This document shows positions 9,924-19,398 of a stretch of DNA of 64,000 bases, one piece after another. The DNA is from a virus (taxonomy: Duplodnaviria; Heunggongvirae; Uroviricota; Caudoviricetes), in the IMG/VR virus record IMGVR_UViG_3300026549_002476; one strand, written 5' to 3'. The translations under genes were made by a program, and so were the position numbers. Every line of letters starts with the position of its first letter. The stretch's first letter is position 1. Under the pieces are notes generated by a model that ran no database searches, was not told the DNA's origin, and saw only the letters and a list, made by a program, of their open reading frames with translations.

Positions 9924-10706
9924 ATGATTACAACTTTAAGACTTACTGGAACATATGATATTAAGGTTAATTCAAAGTATGAAACATTGATAAATGGGGA
10001 TAAAATTAATATAAATAAAGATGTTGCATTGATGAGGTATTATTTTAGCTCATATGGAACCACTGAACTTAATTATATTAAGAAAATGACTGAAAGATTT
10101 CCTATTCAGGCTCATGTAGCTGAGATTAAGCTTGATGAAAATACAGATGCAACTCTTGCTTGGTTTGATGAAAATCTGAATAATGAAGTAGCAAGGTTTG
10201 TTTATTTTACAATCACAGATCAAGAAATTTCAAACCAAGATATGAACGGGAATATCACATTAAATGATGATACACTTAAAAATTTGAGTGGTATTAGCAG
10301 ACATAATGTAGAGAGATTCGTTATGATTGATAGATCTACTACTCTTGACTTGGCTGTAGCAAATAAGATTTTTAAGCAGTTAGAGAAGAGGTTTAATATC
10401 CCAGTAGACAAGTTTGGTATTTGCAACTCACCATTTTCATTTAGCGAATATGCTTGTATCAGTGCTGTTAAAGCAAGAGAAATTATTGCAAAATACGTTA
10501 AAGATGGAGTTGAAACACCTCGTCCAAGTGCAAATCATCAGGATATGAATTCTTGTGGATGCACCAGGTTTAATTTAGTAAATCATGATACTGAAGCAGC
10601 ACCAGAAACTGAGAAAAAGACACATGAGAAGAAAGCTGAGTCAAACAGTGATAAGACTGCTAAAAAGAAGAGTACTAAGCATTTTGAGCCTTTTAGAATT
10701 ATTTAA
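9924..10706 (+). CDS. hypothetical protein, Lys-rich C-terminal tail
   Basis: RBS ggagg 5 nt upstream of the ATG at 9924. The ORF-track start at 9912 is a TTG. Confidence 0.45.
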   Translation: MITTLRLTGTYDIKVNSKYETLINGDKININKDVALMRYYFSSYGTTELNYIKKMTERFPIQAHVAEIKLDENTDATLAWFDENLNNEVARFVYFTITDQEISNQDMNGNITLNDDTLKNLSGISRHNVERFVMIDRSTTLDLAVANKIFKQLEKRFNIPVDKFGICNSPFSFSEYACISAVKAREIIAKYVKDGVETPRPSANHQDMNSCGCTRFNLVNHDTEAAPETEKKTHEKKAESNSDKTAKKKSTKHFEPFRII

Positions 10707-10771
10707 AAAAATATAAATTCACATATACATTGTGTATAATTAGGTAATAAGCATTGATTTAAATTAGAAAG

Positions 10772-10807
10772 AACTCTGTCCATTGTTTAGTGGACAGAGT
10801 TTATTTT
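10772..10807 (+). terminator. rho-independent terminator
   Basis: aactctgtcca…tggacagagtt 11-bp stem followed by tatttt. Confidence 0.7.
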
Positions 10808-10983
10808 GTGCAAAATTGCTAAATTTATTGCTAGAAATTCTTGCAATTTGTATAGCAAGATTGTGTCCAAAATGTGTAATTTTTTGTTGAAATAGTTGGG
10901 AGTGCGGTGTAAAATAAATTTGTTAGGAAGTTAGTTAAGGTTTCAGTAATTCTGAAACCACATATCAGCTATGGAGGCAGATA

Positions 10984-11706
10984 ATGTTTGGTATAGATGA
11001 TGCTAGAGTGACAGTTAATTCTTCTTTTAATGACTTTGAAGAGAATCATGAAGCTAGTGAGTATTTAGTTAAGAATTATAAATCTTTATTAAGAATCATC
11101 TATAAGAAGGGAATCACTGATAAGGCTTATGACCTGTTGGATGATGTTTATATAAGTCTTAAGCTCAGCGAAGAGAATAATGAAGGTTTTGATGCTGAGA
11201 GATTAAAGAAGGACGGGTCTAATGCTACTGTTGAGAGTTTTGTACAGGGAAGAATTTCTCTGTATTGTAAGAATGTAAAATACAGCAACATGTATGTTGA
11301 AACTTATGCAGGTAAAGATGAAAACATTACTGTTATAGCCGCAACTCCGGAAGAAGGAAATGAGGATAGCGATAGTGGTAACAATACCAACATTCAGTTG
11401 GCTATGAAAAACGCTTCTGTTGTTGATTCTTCTGTTGAAGAGTTCATTACTCTTAATAGTGTAAGAGCACAGATTGATACTTGCATTGATATAGGAAATA
11501 TTCGTGGACTTGATATGTTGAGCTTTTTCAAGAATATTGATAAAATAGCTGAATTGATGACTCACATGAATAAAAAGGACAACATATTTGACAAGCTTAA
11601 AGATGTTATTGCTAATAACAGTGACTTTGAAGCTAGCTTAATGGATGTGATGCAGTTTAGACAGGATCACAAGGATATATTCAATACAATAATAGCTAGT
11701 TACTGA
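10984..11706 (+). CDS. hypothetical protein, paralog of the next gene; possibly a sigma-factor region-2-like regulator
   Basis: RBS ggagg. Shares D-x-x-D-D-[VI]-[YF]-x-x-L…A-T-[VL]-E-S-F-V…N motif order with ORF 11735-12580, vaguely like sigma-70/ECF region 2. Confidence 0.35.
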   Translation: MFGIDDARVTVNSSFNDFEENHEASEYLVKNYKSLLRIIYKKGITDKAYDLLDDVYISLKLSEENNEGFDAERLKKDGSNATVESFVQGRISLYCKNVKYSNMYVETYAGKDENITVIAATPEEGNEDSDSGNNTNIQLAMKNASVVDSSVEEFITLNSVRAQIDTCIDIGNIRGLDMLSFFKNIDKIAELMTHMNKKDNIFDKLKDVIANNSDFEASLMDVMQFRQDHKDIFNTIIASY

Positions 11707-11734
11707 TATAATTCCTGCCGGGAGGGATGTTGTT

Positions 11735-12580
11735 ATGGCTATAATAAATGATGAGATCATAAGTGAAGTTTATGATCAATTCAGAGAGAATAAAGATACA
11801 GAAGAATCAAACCAAATTGACTGGAATAAAGATACAGTTAAATGGGCTTTGGGCAACGAAAATACCTTACAGAAAAAATTAGTTGGACAGCTTAGACAAG
11901 AAGGCAGAATCATTGATATAAGAAATGATTTTGATGATATATTCGATAATTTATTATTGACACTTTCCAAGAAGGATGAGTATGACCCATTTGTAGTGGG
12001 CAAACGAAGCAATAAATCAGCCACCTTGGAAAGTTTTGTTGTAAATACAGCTAAATATGTTGTACTTAACATGGAGAAAGAAAAATATAACAGAAAAGAA
12101 GATTTTTCTCTTAATGAAACTATAGGTGATCCCAATAAAGATGGGGTCAGGAATGAAAGAATAGATTTTGAAATAGATCATAAAACAAGCGATGTTTATG
12201 AAGGAATTATGGATGACTTAGACGCTTGTTGTAATGGAATTACAAGATATTGTAACTGTGGATCTGACATATTTGCTTTATTCTACATTCAACTGCTTTT
12301 GAAAAAACATGAAGTTGATGATCCAAAGCAAAAAATATTTTATGATATTTTGGAGGTTCTTGGCATGTCACAGACATCCATTAAGCAGATGCTTTGTAAT
12401 GGAAATACAGCTAATGAGTCTAAAGAACTTGCAAAGGCAATAACAACAGTGGATCAAGATACAGCATTGAGTGTATTAGCAAAGTATGTTTATGGGGCTA
12501 AGAGCATAGAACATATGGTTAAAGAAATACAGCGCGATCAAGAAATACAGCATGCTCAGATTCAAAAAGTCAATGATTAA
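11735..12580 (+). CDS. hypothetical protein, paralog of the previous gene; possibly sigma-factor-like
   Basis: RBS gggaggg. Shared motifs with ORF 10984-11706. Confidence 0.35.
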   Translation: MAIINDEIISEVYDQFRENKDTEESNQIDWNKDTVKWALGNENTLQKKLVGQLRQEGRIIDIRNDFDDIFDNLLLTLSKKDEYDPFVVGKRSNKSATLESFVVNTAKYVVLNMEKEKYNRKEDFSLNETIGDPNKDGVRNERIDFEIDHKTSDVYEGIMDDLDACCNGITRYCNCGSDIFALFYIQLLLKKHEVDDPKQKIFYDILEVLGMSQTSIKQMLCNGNTANESKELAKAITTVDQDTALSVLAKYVYGAKSIEHMVKEIQRDQEIQHAQIQKVND

Positions 12581-12625
12581 AAAATTAAAGACGAAAGGAA
12601 AATATGAATATAGATAGGACTTTTT

Positions 12626-12658
12626 AAGGTACCCAATAAAATTGGGTACCTTATTTTT
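12626..12658 (+). terminator. rho-independent terminator
   Basis: aaggtacccaat aaaa ttgggtacctt followed by atttttat. Confidence 0.75.
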
Positions 12659-12732
12659 ATGAGTTTATAACAATAAAAAATTTTATTTTAGCTTGTTAGT
12701 AAAAAGGGTGTTTATTTTTATATTTATTTAAG

Positions 12733-13179
12733 ATGTGGGGTGAAACAATGACATATCCTGAAATATATGATAGACTTAATTTTGAGACTTTTGTCTTATT
12801 CTTTTGTAAGCGAAACGGTGATATAAGAGTTATGCTTGCAACAAGAAATAGTGATACATTTGAATTAATTCAGGACAGTAATTCTGGGGATCTTATAATT
12901 AAACTTGAGCAACATGATAGAAGATGCAATATAAACAATGGGAATGTCGCTGTCATTGATCTAGAGATTAAAGATGCCAGAAGTTTCAATATTAACAGGC
13001 TAATACAGTGTTACAGTTATGGTATTGTAAATACCAAAGAGCAACTCGTAGAAGTCATGCATAAATATATGGAGTTAAAATTAAACTATGAAAACTACAT
13101 AAAGAAAATTACAAATGGCACTGAGGTGGATAATGATACGTATAATTCAGCAGCAGCTCAACAGGGACAAGAGAAATAA
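12733..13179 (+). CDS. hypothetical protein (alternative start 12748)
   Basis: ORF. The second in-frame ATG at 12748 has a better-spaced G-rich RBS. Confidence 0.4.
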   Translation: MWGETMTYPEIYDRLNFETFVLFFCKRNGDIRVMLATRNSDTFELIQDSNSGDLIIKLEQHDRRCNINNGNVAVIDLEIKDARSFNINRLIQCYSYGIVNTKEQLVEVMHKYMELKLNYENYIKKITNGTEVDNDTYNSAAAQQGQEK

Positions 13180-13192
13180 AGTTTATGAGAAC

Positions 13193-14035
13193 ATGGGGGC
13201 AATTACATTAAATCTTGATGTTGGGGAAGTGATCAAGGATATAGGATTTTTGGAAAGATATAAGCCCCATGGAAAAGCAGATTTAAAAAATGCAAGCAGA
13301 ATTTTGGATTATCTTGATAAAATTACTGATCTTGTAGACGAAAATTCAAATATAAGCATTACATGGAATAAGAGATACTATAACATTCCAGATAGCAGTC
13401 CAATAAGATTTATTGATGAACCATTATATAAGGTAAATACTTGTAATTATATTATTGTTCCACCAAAGAAACGAATTATAGAACTTGATATGATTGATTT
13501 AGCAGATTTAATGACTGCTGAAATTATGCAGAATGATTTATTTATTAATGATTCTGGAAATAATAATATGCAAGCTGTCAATAAGTATGCTGAAGAATTA
13601 CTGAAAGATTATAGTATCATAGGGGCTGTAGATAGCACTGAATTTTTAAAGAAGATAAGAGATGATAATCCAGAGGGAATTTATCAAATGAGCCGGTGGA
13701 TGAGGTTTAGCAGTTCACCATATTATAGTTATGAGATAGGAAGAAATTCAGTCTTTGGTAAAAGAGTTTTAAACAGCTATTTTTATGACGGAGCAAAGTT
13801 TGACGCTGAATATTATAATGAAGTTGTAGATTACTCATGTAAATATGCTAATTTCATTGTTGCAGATTATGTAATTGAAAACAATAAATTTGCAAAACTT
13901 ATAATGATTGGGCCAACACGTATAACATTTATGGTAGACGATGATAATATGGAATTAATAGATAAGAATGAAGATATTACTGTGAGAGCCTTTGGAAGAA
14001 ACTTTATAGTAAAGCCAAAGATCACGGTGTACTAA
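13193..14035 (+). CDS. hypothetical protein
   Basis: First ATG after the upstream stop at 13179. The ORF-track start at 13115 overlaps the previous gene. Confidence 0.4.
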   Translation: MGAITLNLDVGEVIKDIGFLERYKPHGKADLKNASRILDYLDKITDLVDENSNISITWNKRYYNIPDSSPIRFIDEPLYKVNTCNYIIVPPKKRIIELDMIDLADLMTAEIMQNDLFINDSGNNNMQAVNKYAEELLKDYSIIGAVDSTEFLKKIRDDNPEGIYQMSRWMRFSSSPYYSYEIGRNSVFGKRVLNSYFYDGAKFDAEYYNEVVDYSCKYANFIVADYVIENNKFAKLIMIGPTRITFMVDDDNMELIDKNEDITVRAFGRNFIVKPKITVY

Positions 14036-14046
14036 GGAGGTAAATT

Positions 14047-14649
14047 ATGGGAAAAACCGTATATGAACACTTTTCTTTCAGACGGCCTAAAGGAAAAGAT
14101 TACGGTTACTTTGCTGTTGCATTCTTCTGGGATTATAATGGTAAACCAAAGAACTTGACTGCACAAATGACTAGAAAATTAAAACTTTGGGATAAAGATG
14201 CACAGTTTGTAGCAGCTTGTCAATCTTATGAAAATGCCCTGTATGCCATATATAAATGGCAAGGTATCATGCGAAAGAATGGTATTACAAATGTAATGCT
14301 CGTTACTGATGATAGTGCTCTTGCTGGCTGGATTGAGGATATAAAAAAGAGCAAATTTTATAGGCCATGGATGGAGAAAGCTACAGAGCAATATAGAGTT
14401 GGAGCACCAAGAGAAATCACAATGTCTGTGGGGCTTTGTGAAGTCAGAGATTATGAAAAGGCTTACAAATTTTGTAAGGAAGAATATGTAGTAAATAATA
14501 AAAAAGCAGTTGAAATAGACAAGTCAACTGGCACAAGTGCTCTTGATCTTGGTGCACTTGGAGTTAAGATTAAGACTATCACAGACATTAAAAAAGAATA
14601 TGAGCCTGAAATTTCTGGTATGAAAGAGATAGATAAATTAGACGACTGA
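14047..14649 (+). CDS. hypothetical protein with possible RNase H-like fold
   Basis: Strong RBS aaggaggt. Order of conserved acidic residues (WDYNG … CQSYENALYAI … VTDDSALAGWIED) loosely parallels the RNase HI D-E-D arrangement. Speculative. Confidence 0.3.
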   Translation: MGKTVYEHFSFRRPKGKDYGYFAVAFFWDYNGKPKNLTAQMTRKLKLWDKDAQFVAACQSYENALYAIYKWQGIMRKNGITNVMLVTDDSALAGWIEDIKKSKFYRPWMEKATEQYRVGAPREITMSVGLCEVRDYEKAYKFCKEEYVVNNKKAVEIDKSTGTSALDLGALGVKIKTITDIKKEYEPEISGMKEIDKLDD

Positions 14650-14700
14650 TATAATAGCCGATATATTTATTGAAATAAAAAATAAAATCGGAGGTTTGTC

Positions 14701-15822
14701 ATGGCAAGAGCAGGTGGAGGAAGCCATAGTAGTGGAGGAAGCCATAGTAGTAGCAGCAGTAGTTTCCATAGCAGCAGTAGCGGCGGACACAGCTATAGTT
14801 CTTCCCATGGCGGTGGACATACATTTGGGTCTAGTAGTTATTCAAGTTATCATACTGGAAGAGCTGGAGGAGGATCAAGTTCAAACCATAATTATGGAAC
14901 TGGGTATTCATCTAGGCATGATGGAGACGTCTATGTGCATAATGACTATTATAATTATGGTAGACCAGGATATAGTTATGGTCGGTCTGGAACACCAATT
15001 AATATAATCAGAACAATAATATTTGTCATAGTATTTATAGCTGTACTTATTACAATTTCAAAAGCATTTACAGCATTTAGTAGTGTTCCGAGTTCAACTA
15101 TTGAAAGAACTAAGTTAACTAATGTTCCAGATTATAATTATAATTGCATATTAGATGAACTTGGATATTTTGATGATACACATAAAGCTGCTAAGGGAAT
15201 TAAGAAATTTTATGATGAGACTGGTATACAGCCTTATATATACATCAAAGATTATGATCCATCTCTAACAACAAATGATGAAAAAGAGCAATATGCATTG
15301 AATTTCTATGATGAGAATATAGGAACAGACAATGGATTTTTGTTCATTTATTTTGCAAATGAAGATGAACATGCTGACATAGATGATTCTGATAAATCTA
15401 TTGGATATATGGCATATGCTTGTGGAAATTCTGCTAATACTATACTTGATGATGAAGCTATGAATATCTTCTGGGCATATATAGATAGCTATTGGGTATC
15501 CGATTTATCTATGGAAGACATGATGAATAGGGTTTATACAAACACAGCTGATTCAATAATGACTGTTAATAAAACAAGTGGCCAATTAACAAAAATGTTA
15601 GTTATCGGAATTGTTACAGTTGTTGGACTCATAGTTTTAGCTATTGTAATAAATACAAAGAGAAAGGCCGAAGCAGAGAAAGCTCAACATACTCAAGATA
15701 TATTGAATACACCTTTGAATGGGGTTGATAATTATAGTGGATTTAATCATCCTAATAGAAATGATCCTTTGGAAACTGATAGTTCTAATGGAAACAGCGA
15801 TATAGTGAATAAGTATTTGTAA
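14701..15822 (+). CDS. membrane protein with Gly/Ser/His/Tyr-rich low-complexity N-terminus and two predicted transmembrane helices
   Basis: RBS ggaggt. N-terminal SHSSGGSHSS repeats, then hydrophobic segments IIRTIIFVIVFIAVLITI and MLVIGIVTVVGLIVLAIVI. Confidence 0.5.
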   Translation: MARAGGGSHSSGGSHSSSSSSFHSSSSGGHSYSSSHGGGHTFGSSSYSSYHTGRAGGGSSSNHNYGTGYSSRHDGDVYVHNDYYNYGRPGYSYGRSGTPINIIRTIIFVIVFIAVLITISKAFTAFSSVPSSTIERTKLTNVPDYNYNCILDELGYFDDTHKAAKGIKKFYDETGIQPYIYIKDYDPSLTTNDEKEQYALNFYDENIGTDNGFLFIYFANEDEHADIDDSDKSIGYMAYACGNSANTILDDEAMNIFWAYIDSYWVSDLSMEDMMNRVYTNTADSIMTVNKTSGQLTKMLVIGIVTVVGLIVLAIVINTKRKAEAEKAQHTQDILNTPLNGVDNYSGFNHPNRNDPLETDSSNGNSDIVNKYL

Positions 15823-15832
15823 AGGTTAAGCA

Positions 15833-16993
15833 ATGCTTGTATTAAAAACAATTAACATAGATGGTGATATATTTTATCAGTGTAAGTTAGATAGGGGATT
15901 TGAAATTCATAATGAGTCTGATAATATAAACGTATTTTTTAAAAATAAAGATGATATTGAAAAATTAAGTTATCCCGAGGTAGGCAGCAATGACAAAAGA
16001 AATTATAGTGTTTACTCTGATGATGAAGTAATAAACGAGTATAATATAATAAAAGCAAAATGTAGAATGCTTGGATTAAATTATATTGAACTTGATGATC
16101 ATTGTATAGCTTATGATTGTGGGGATGAAACAAGAATAACAGGCTTGTTAGAGTTAGATAGCCCAAAACTTTATTTTAAGGATGACCAGGATGAGATAGA
16201 ATGGTTCAGAGATAAAAATGTTAAATCCTGTAAATTGAAGATAGTTGAATCTATTGGATTGTTTGAAAACTTTTGGATGCTAAGATTAGCAAATTCTATT
16301 GATTTTTCTAAAGATATAGAGTACAGGCCAAAAAAGTTATACAAAGGATTTTTAAAGTGTAAAGCTTATAAAATAGATTTAACTGGTATAGATATTGAAG
16401 ATTGCTACTCATTAGAGTCTACTTTTGAAGGATGCCGTAATTTAATATGGTTGAACATATCAAATTGGGATACAAGTAATGTAGAGTCAATGAAAAGAAT
16501 GTTTAGCGTGTGCAGGAATATCAAGAGATTAAACTTATTAAATTTTAGCACTCATAAAGTAAAAAAGATTGAAGGCATGTTTGAGTATTGTCAGAAGTTA
16601 ATTGCACTAAATACAAGCAATTTTGATCTGGATAACACAATGTTAAGCAGCATAAGGAAAATGTTTAATTGTTGCACAGAAATTAAAGATATAGAGTTAG
16701 GAGTTGTATCTTTAAATGAAAGTAAATCAGCATTTGGAATTTTCGATGGTACTGAACTTAATACAATCAAATTAAGAATACCAAATAATAATGCATTAGT
16801 TACATTACATAAACTATTAGATCAATATGGTGTTGCTAAAATAACAGCTAAGTTAGATGAAAATGGAAAATTAGTTGTAAGCACAAATGGTAAGCTAATA
16901 CGCATAAGTAATGTTGGTGAACAGTATAAAATAACATTTAGTCATTACAAATTAGATGAAAATGGAAAATTAGAATTGATAAATAATGGATAA
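15833..16993 (+). CDS. BspA-type leucine-rich repeat (LRR_5) protein
   Basis: Repeating segments such as FEGCRNLIWLNISNW / FSVCRNIKRLNLLNF / FEYCQKLIALNTSNF / FNCCTEIKDIEL, typical of BspA-like LRRs. Confidence 0.55.
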   Translation: MLVLKTINIDGDIFYQCKLDRGFEIHNESDNINVFFKNKDDIEKLSYPEVGSNDKRNYSVYSDDEVINEYNIIKAKCRMLGLNYIELDDHCIAYDCGDETRITGLLELDSPKLYFKDDQDEIEWFRDKNVKSCKLKIVESIGLFENFWMLRLANSIDFSKDIEYRPKKLYKGFLKCKAYKIDLTGIDIEDCYSLESTFEGCRNLIWLNISNWDTSNVESMKRMFSVCRNIKRLNLLNFSTHKVKKIEGMFEYCQKLIALNTSNFDLDNTMLSSIRKMFNCCTEIKDIELGVVSLNESKSAFGIFDGTELNTIKLRIPNNNALVTLHKLLDQYGVAKITAKLDENGKLVVSTNGKLIRISNVGEQYKITFSHYKLDENGKLELINNG

Positions 16994-17066
16994 TGTAATT
17001 TAATTTTTAAATTAAATTATCAAATATAGCATAGACATTAAAGAATAAATGGAGGAATAATAAACT

Positions 17067-17744
17067 ATGGCTAATATTCTTAGTAGGTTTGGAAGTATCA
17101 TGAGTGCAAACATTAATGCACTCCTTGATAAGGCAGAGGATCCTGAGAAGATGATTGATCAGAACCTTCGTGAGCTTCGTGAAGACCTTGCTGAAGTTAA
17201 GGAGCAGACAGCCGGTGTTATGGCTGATGAGAAGGCAGCTGCTAGAAAGCTTGAGGAGTGCAAGAAACACATCGCTGACTGTGAAAGAGCTCAGGTAAAT
17301 GCTGTTAAAGCTGGAGATGATGATGGTGCTCGGGCAATTATTTCGGAAAAGCTTCATTATCAGGGAAATCTTCCTTCACTTCAGCAGACTTATGATGTTG
17401 CACATGCTAACTCTGAAAAGATGAAGGCTATGTACAATAAGCTTGTTGGTGATATTAATCAACTTGAGTCTCGTAAGGATGCAATCAAGGGAAAGATTGC
17501 AGTAGCTAAGGCAACTGAGAAGGTCAATAAGATGACTTCCAATGCATCTAAAGCCAATTCTTCTATCGAAGATTTTGATAGGTGGGAAGATAGGGCTAAT
17601 AAGATGCTTGACAAGGCAAATGCTGAGACTGAACTTAACCAGCAGGATATAGCAGCTGAGGATTATGTTACAAAGTACAAGGATAGTACTGACTTTGACG
17701 TAGAAGCAGAACTTGCTAAGACAAAAGCAAGTCTTGGAATGTAA
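17067..17744 (+). CDS. pspA: PspA/IM30 family protein (phage-shock protein A / LiaH-like)
   Basis: Strong RBS atggaggaat. N-terminus MANILSRFGSIMSANINALLDKAEDPEKMIDQNLRELREDL closely matches the PspA N-terminus ([28 protein letters not shown]…), with a coiled-coil remainder. Confidence 0.85.
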   Translation: MANILSRFGSIMSANINALLDKAEDPEKMIDQNLRELREDLAEVKEQTAGVMADEKAAARKLEECKKHIADCERAQVNAVKAGDDDGARAIISEKLHYQGNLPSLQQTYDVAHANSEKMKAMYNKLVGDINQLESRKDAIKGKIAVAKATEKVNKMTSNASKANSSIEDFDRWEDRANKMLDKANAETELNQQDIAAEDYVTKYKDSTDFDVEAELAKTKASLGM

Positions 17745-18218
17745 ACAAAAATTTAAAAACTTAAAAACTTAATAGGAACTAGTTGATGTACGGATGATGC
17801 TTGATAAAATAGGTATCATCCATATGTAACTGTGATGTAACATTAGATTATAGGAGATATAATTTATAGTGTTTAGCCCAAGTATATTTTTAAGTACTTG
17901 GGCTAATTTCATGCAATGACAAATTTAGAATAAAGGTATATTTTTAAGAAAGAATAATATGTTTTGTGTTTGTCAGCAATTTGTATAAAAACTTGAATAT
18001 TATAATAAAATATAAAGTGAAATAAATATATATGCAACTGTTAATTGATTTTTAATTAGCTGTAAACAATTTTAAGTAAACGAATTAGAATTGGAGAATG
18101 AACATGAAAGTCATAATTTTTGAAGTGAATATGCTGGATACCAGTTTTGCATAAAATAGCAGATGAAGATAATTAAAACACTATTAGCATAAATTAAAAT
18201 CATTGTGGAGGTACTTAA

Positions 18219-18647
18219 ATGGAATGGGTATACACAGATGGTGGTAGAAAAGCAGCTGGTTTTAAAGGTGAAGCACGTGATTGTGTTTGTAGAGCAGTTG
18301 CAATTATTACTGGACTTCCATATAAGGAAGTATATAATACAATTAATAAATTAGCAAAAGAAGAAAAATTAAAACCTGGTGAAAGAAAGAGCTCAGCAAG
18401 AACTGGTATTAGTAGAAGTTTAACAAGAACAGTAATGGCTTATTATGGATTTGAATGGGTTCCAGTAATGAAAATAGGAAGCGGTTGTACAATGCATCTA
18501 AGAAGGGAAGAATTACCTAAAGGGAGAATTATAGCAAATTGCTCTGGGCATGTGGTAGCTTGTATAGATGGTGTTGTATATGATACTTTTAATAGTACCA
18601 GAGGTGGAACTAGATGTGTTTATGGGTATTGGTATAAACGGTATTGA
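18219..18647 (+). CDS. hypothetical protein; possible Cys/His peptidase-like
   Basis: RBS gtggaggt. Conserved-looking Cys (ARDCVCRAV), His (CSGHVVAC) and Asp (VYDT) in that order. Speculative. Confidence 0.35.
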   Translation: MEWVYTDGGRKAAGFKGEARDCVCRAVAIITGLPYKEVYNTINKLAKEEKLKPGERKSSARTGISRSLTRTVMAYYGFEWVPVMKIGSGCTMHLRREELPKGRIIANCSGHVVACIDGVVYDTFNSTRGGTRCVYGYWYKRY

Positions 18648-18728
18648 AGATGGATACTGCATCATTGGGATGCAACCACGAGGATGGAATTATATAGGGT
18701 TAGCACAGGCAGAAAGTGAGGATAAGGA

Positions 18729-19184
18729 ATGACGAATGAACAAGCAAAGAAGATGCTCAAAGCAAAGTTGGAGTGCTTAAAGCGTGAAACAAGCGGAACA
18801 GATTTTGATTGCAATAATAGTAATTGTGATGAATGCTCATTATGCTATGAACAGGGCAATATGGGGGAACAGAAAGAAGCACTTGATATGGCAATCAAGG
18901 CATTAGAGCAACAGCCTTGTGGGGATTGTATCAGCAGAGAAACGGCGAGAAGAATAGTGGATAGTGGAAGAACAAGGCAACAAATGATTGACATGATACT
19001 TGCCACTCCACCCGTCATACCACAGCCGAAGATTGGGCGGTGGATATTTGTTGATAAAGCAAAAGAACACGCACATTGTTCTGAATGCGATTATGGAGAT
19101 GTAGATTTATTTAATGGTAGACCACATAATTATTGTCCTAACTGTGGAGCAAAGATGGAAAGTGAGGAAAGGAATGACTCATGA
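18729..19184 (+). CDS. Cys-rich zinc-ribbon protein, C-terminal Y-C-P-N-C-G-A-K-M motif
   Basis: RBS gtgaggataagg. CSEC…YCPNCGAKME tail shared with small proteins at 37.6-41.5 kb. Confidence 0.45.
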   Translation: MTNEQAKKMLKAKLECLKRETSGTDFDCNNSNCDECSLCYEQGNMGEQKEALDMAIKALEQQPCGDCISRETARRIVDSGRTRQQMIDMILATPPVIPQPKIGRWIFVDKAKEHAHCSECDYGDVDLFNGRPHNYCPNCGAKMESEERNDS

Positions 19185-19398
19185 ATTAAAGGTTCTTTCA
19201 GAGTATTATTGGAAAATTCCATGTGAAAAGAAAACTTTTGAATTGCGTAAAGATGATAGAGATTACAAAGTAGGTGACATTCTTGACTTAAAAGAATGGG
19301 ATGGTGAAAAATTTACTGGGCATCATGTACGCCGTGAAATAACCTACATCTTACGAAATTGCAAACAATATGGTATTGAAGATGGATCTAACTGGTAA
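19174..19398 (+). CDS. DUF3850-like (ASCH-related) small protein
   Basis: RBS gaggaaagg upstream of the ATG at 19174. KKTFELRKDDRDYKVGDILDLKEWDG…GHHVRREITYIL resembles the DUF3850 signature. Confidence 0.45.
   Translation: MTHELKVLSEYYWKIPCEKKTFELRKDDRDYKVGDILDLKEWDGEKFTGHHVRREITYILRNCKQYGIEDGSNW

Noticed and set aside
14638-15007. Antisense ORF 14638-14820 (-) and alternate-frame ORF 14696-15007 (+).
   Set aside because: Both lie entirely within the low-complexity Gly/Ser/His-coding region of ORF 14701-15822 and arise from repetitive agc/ggn codons. No RBS.
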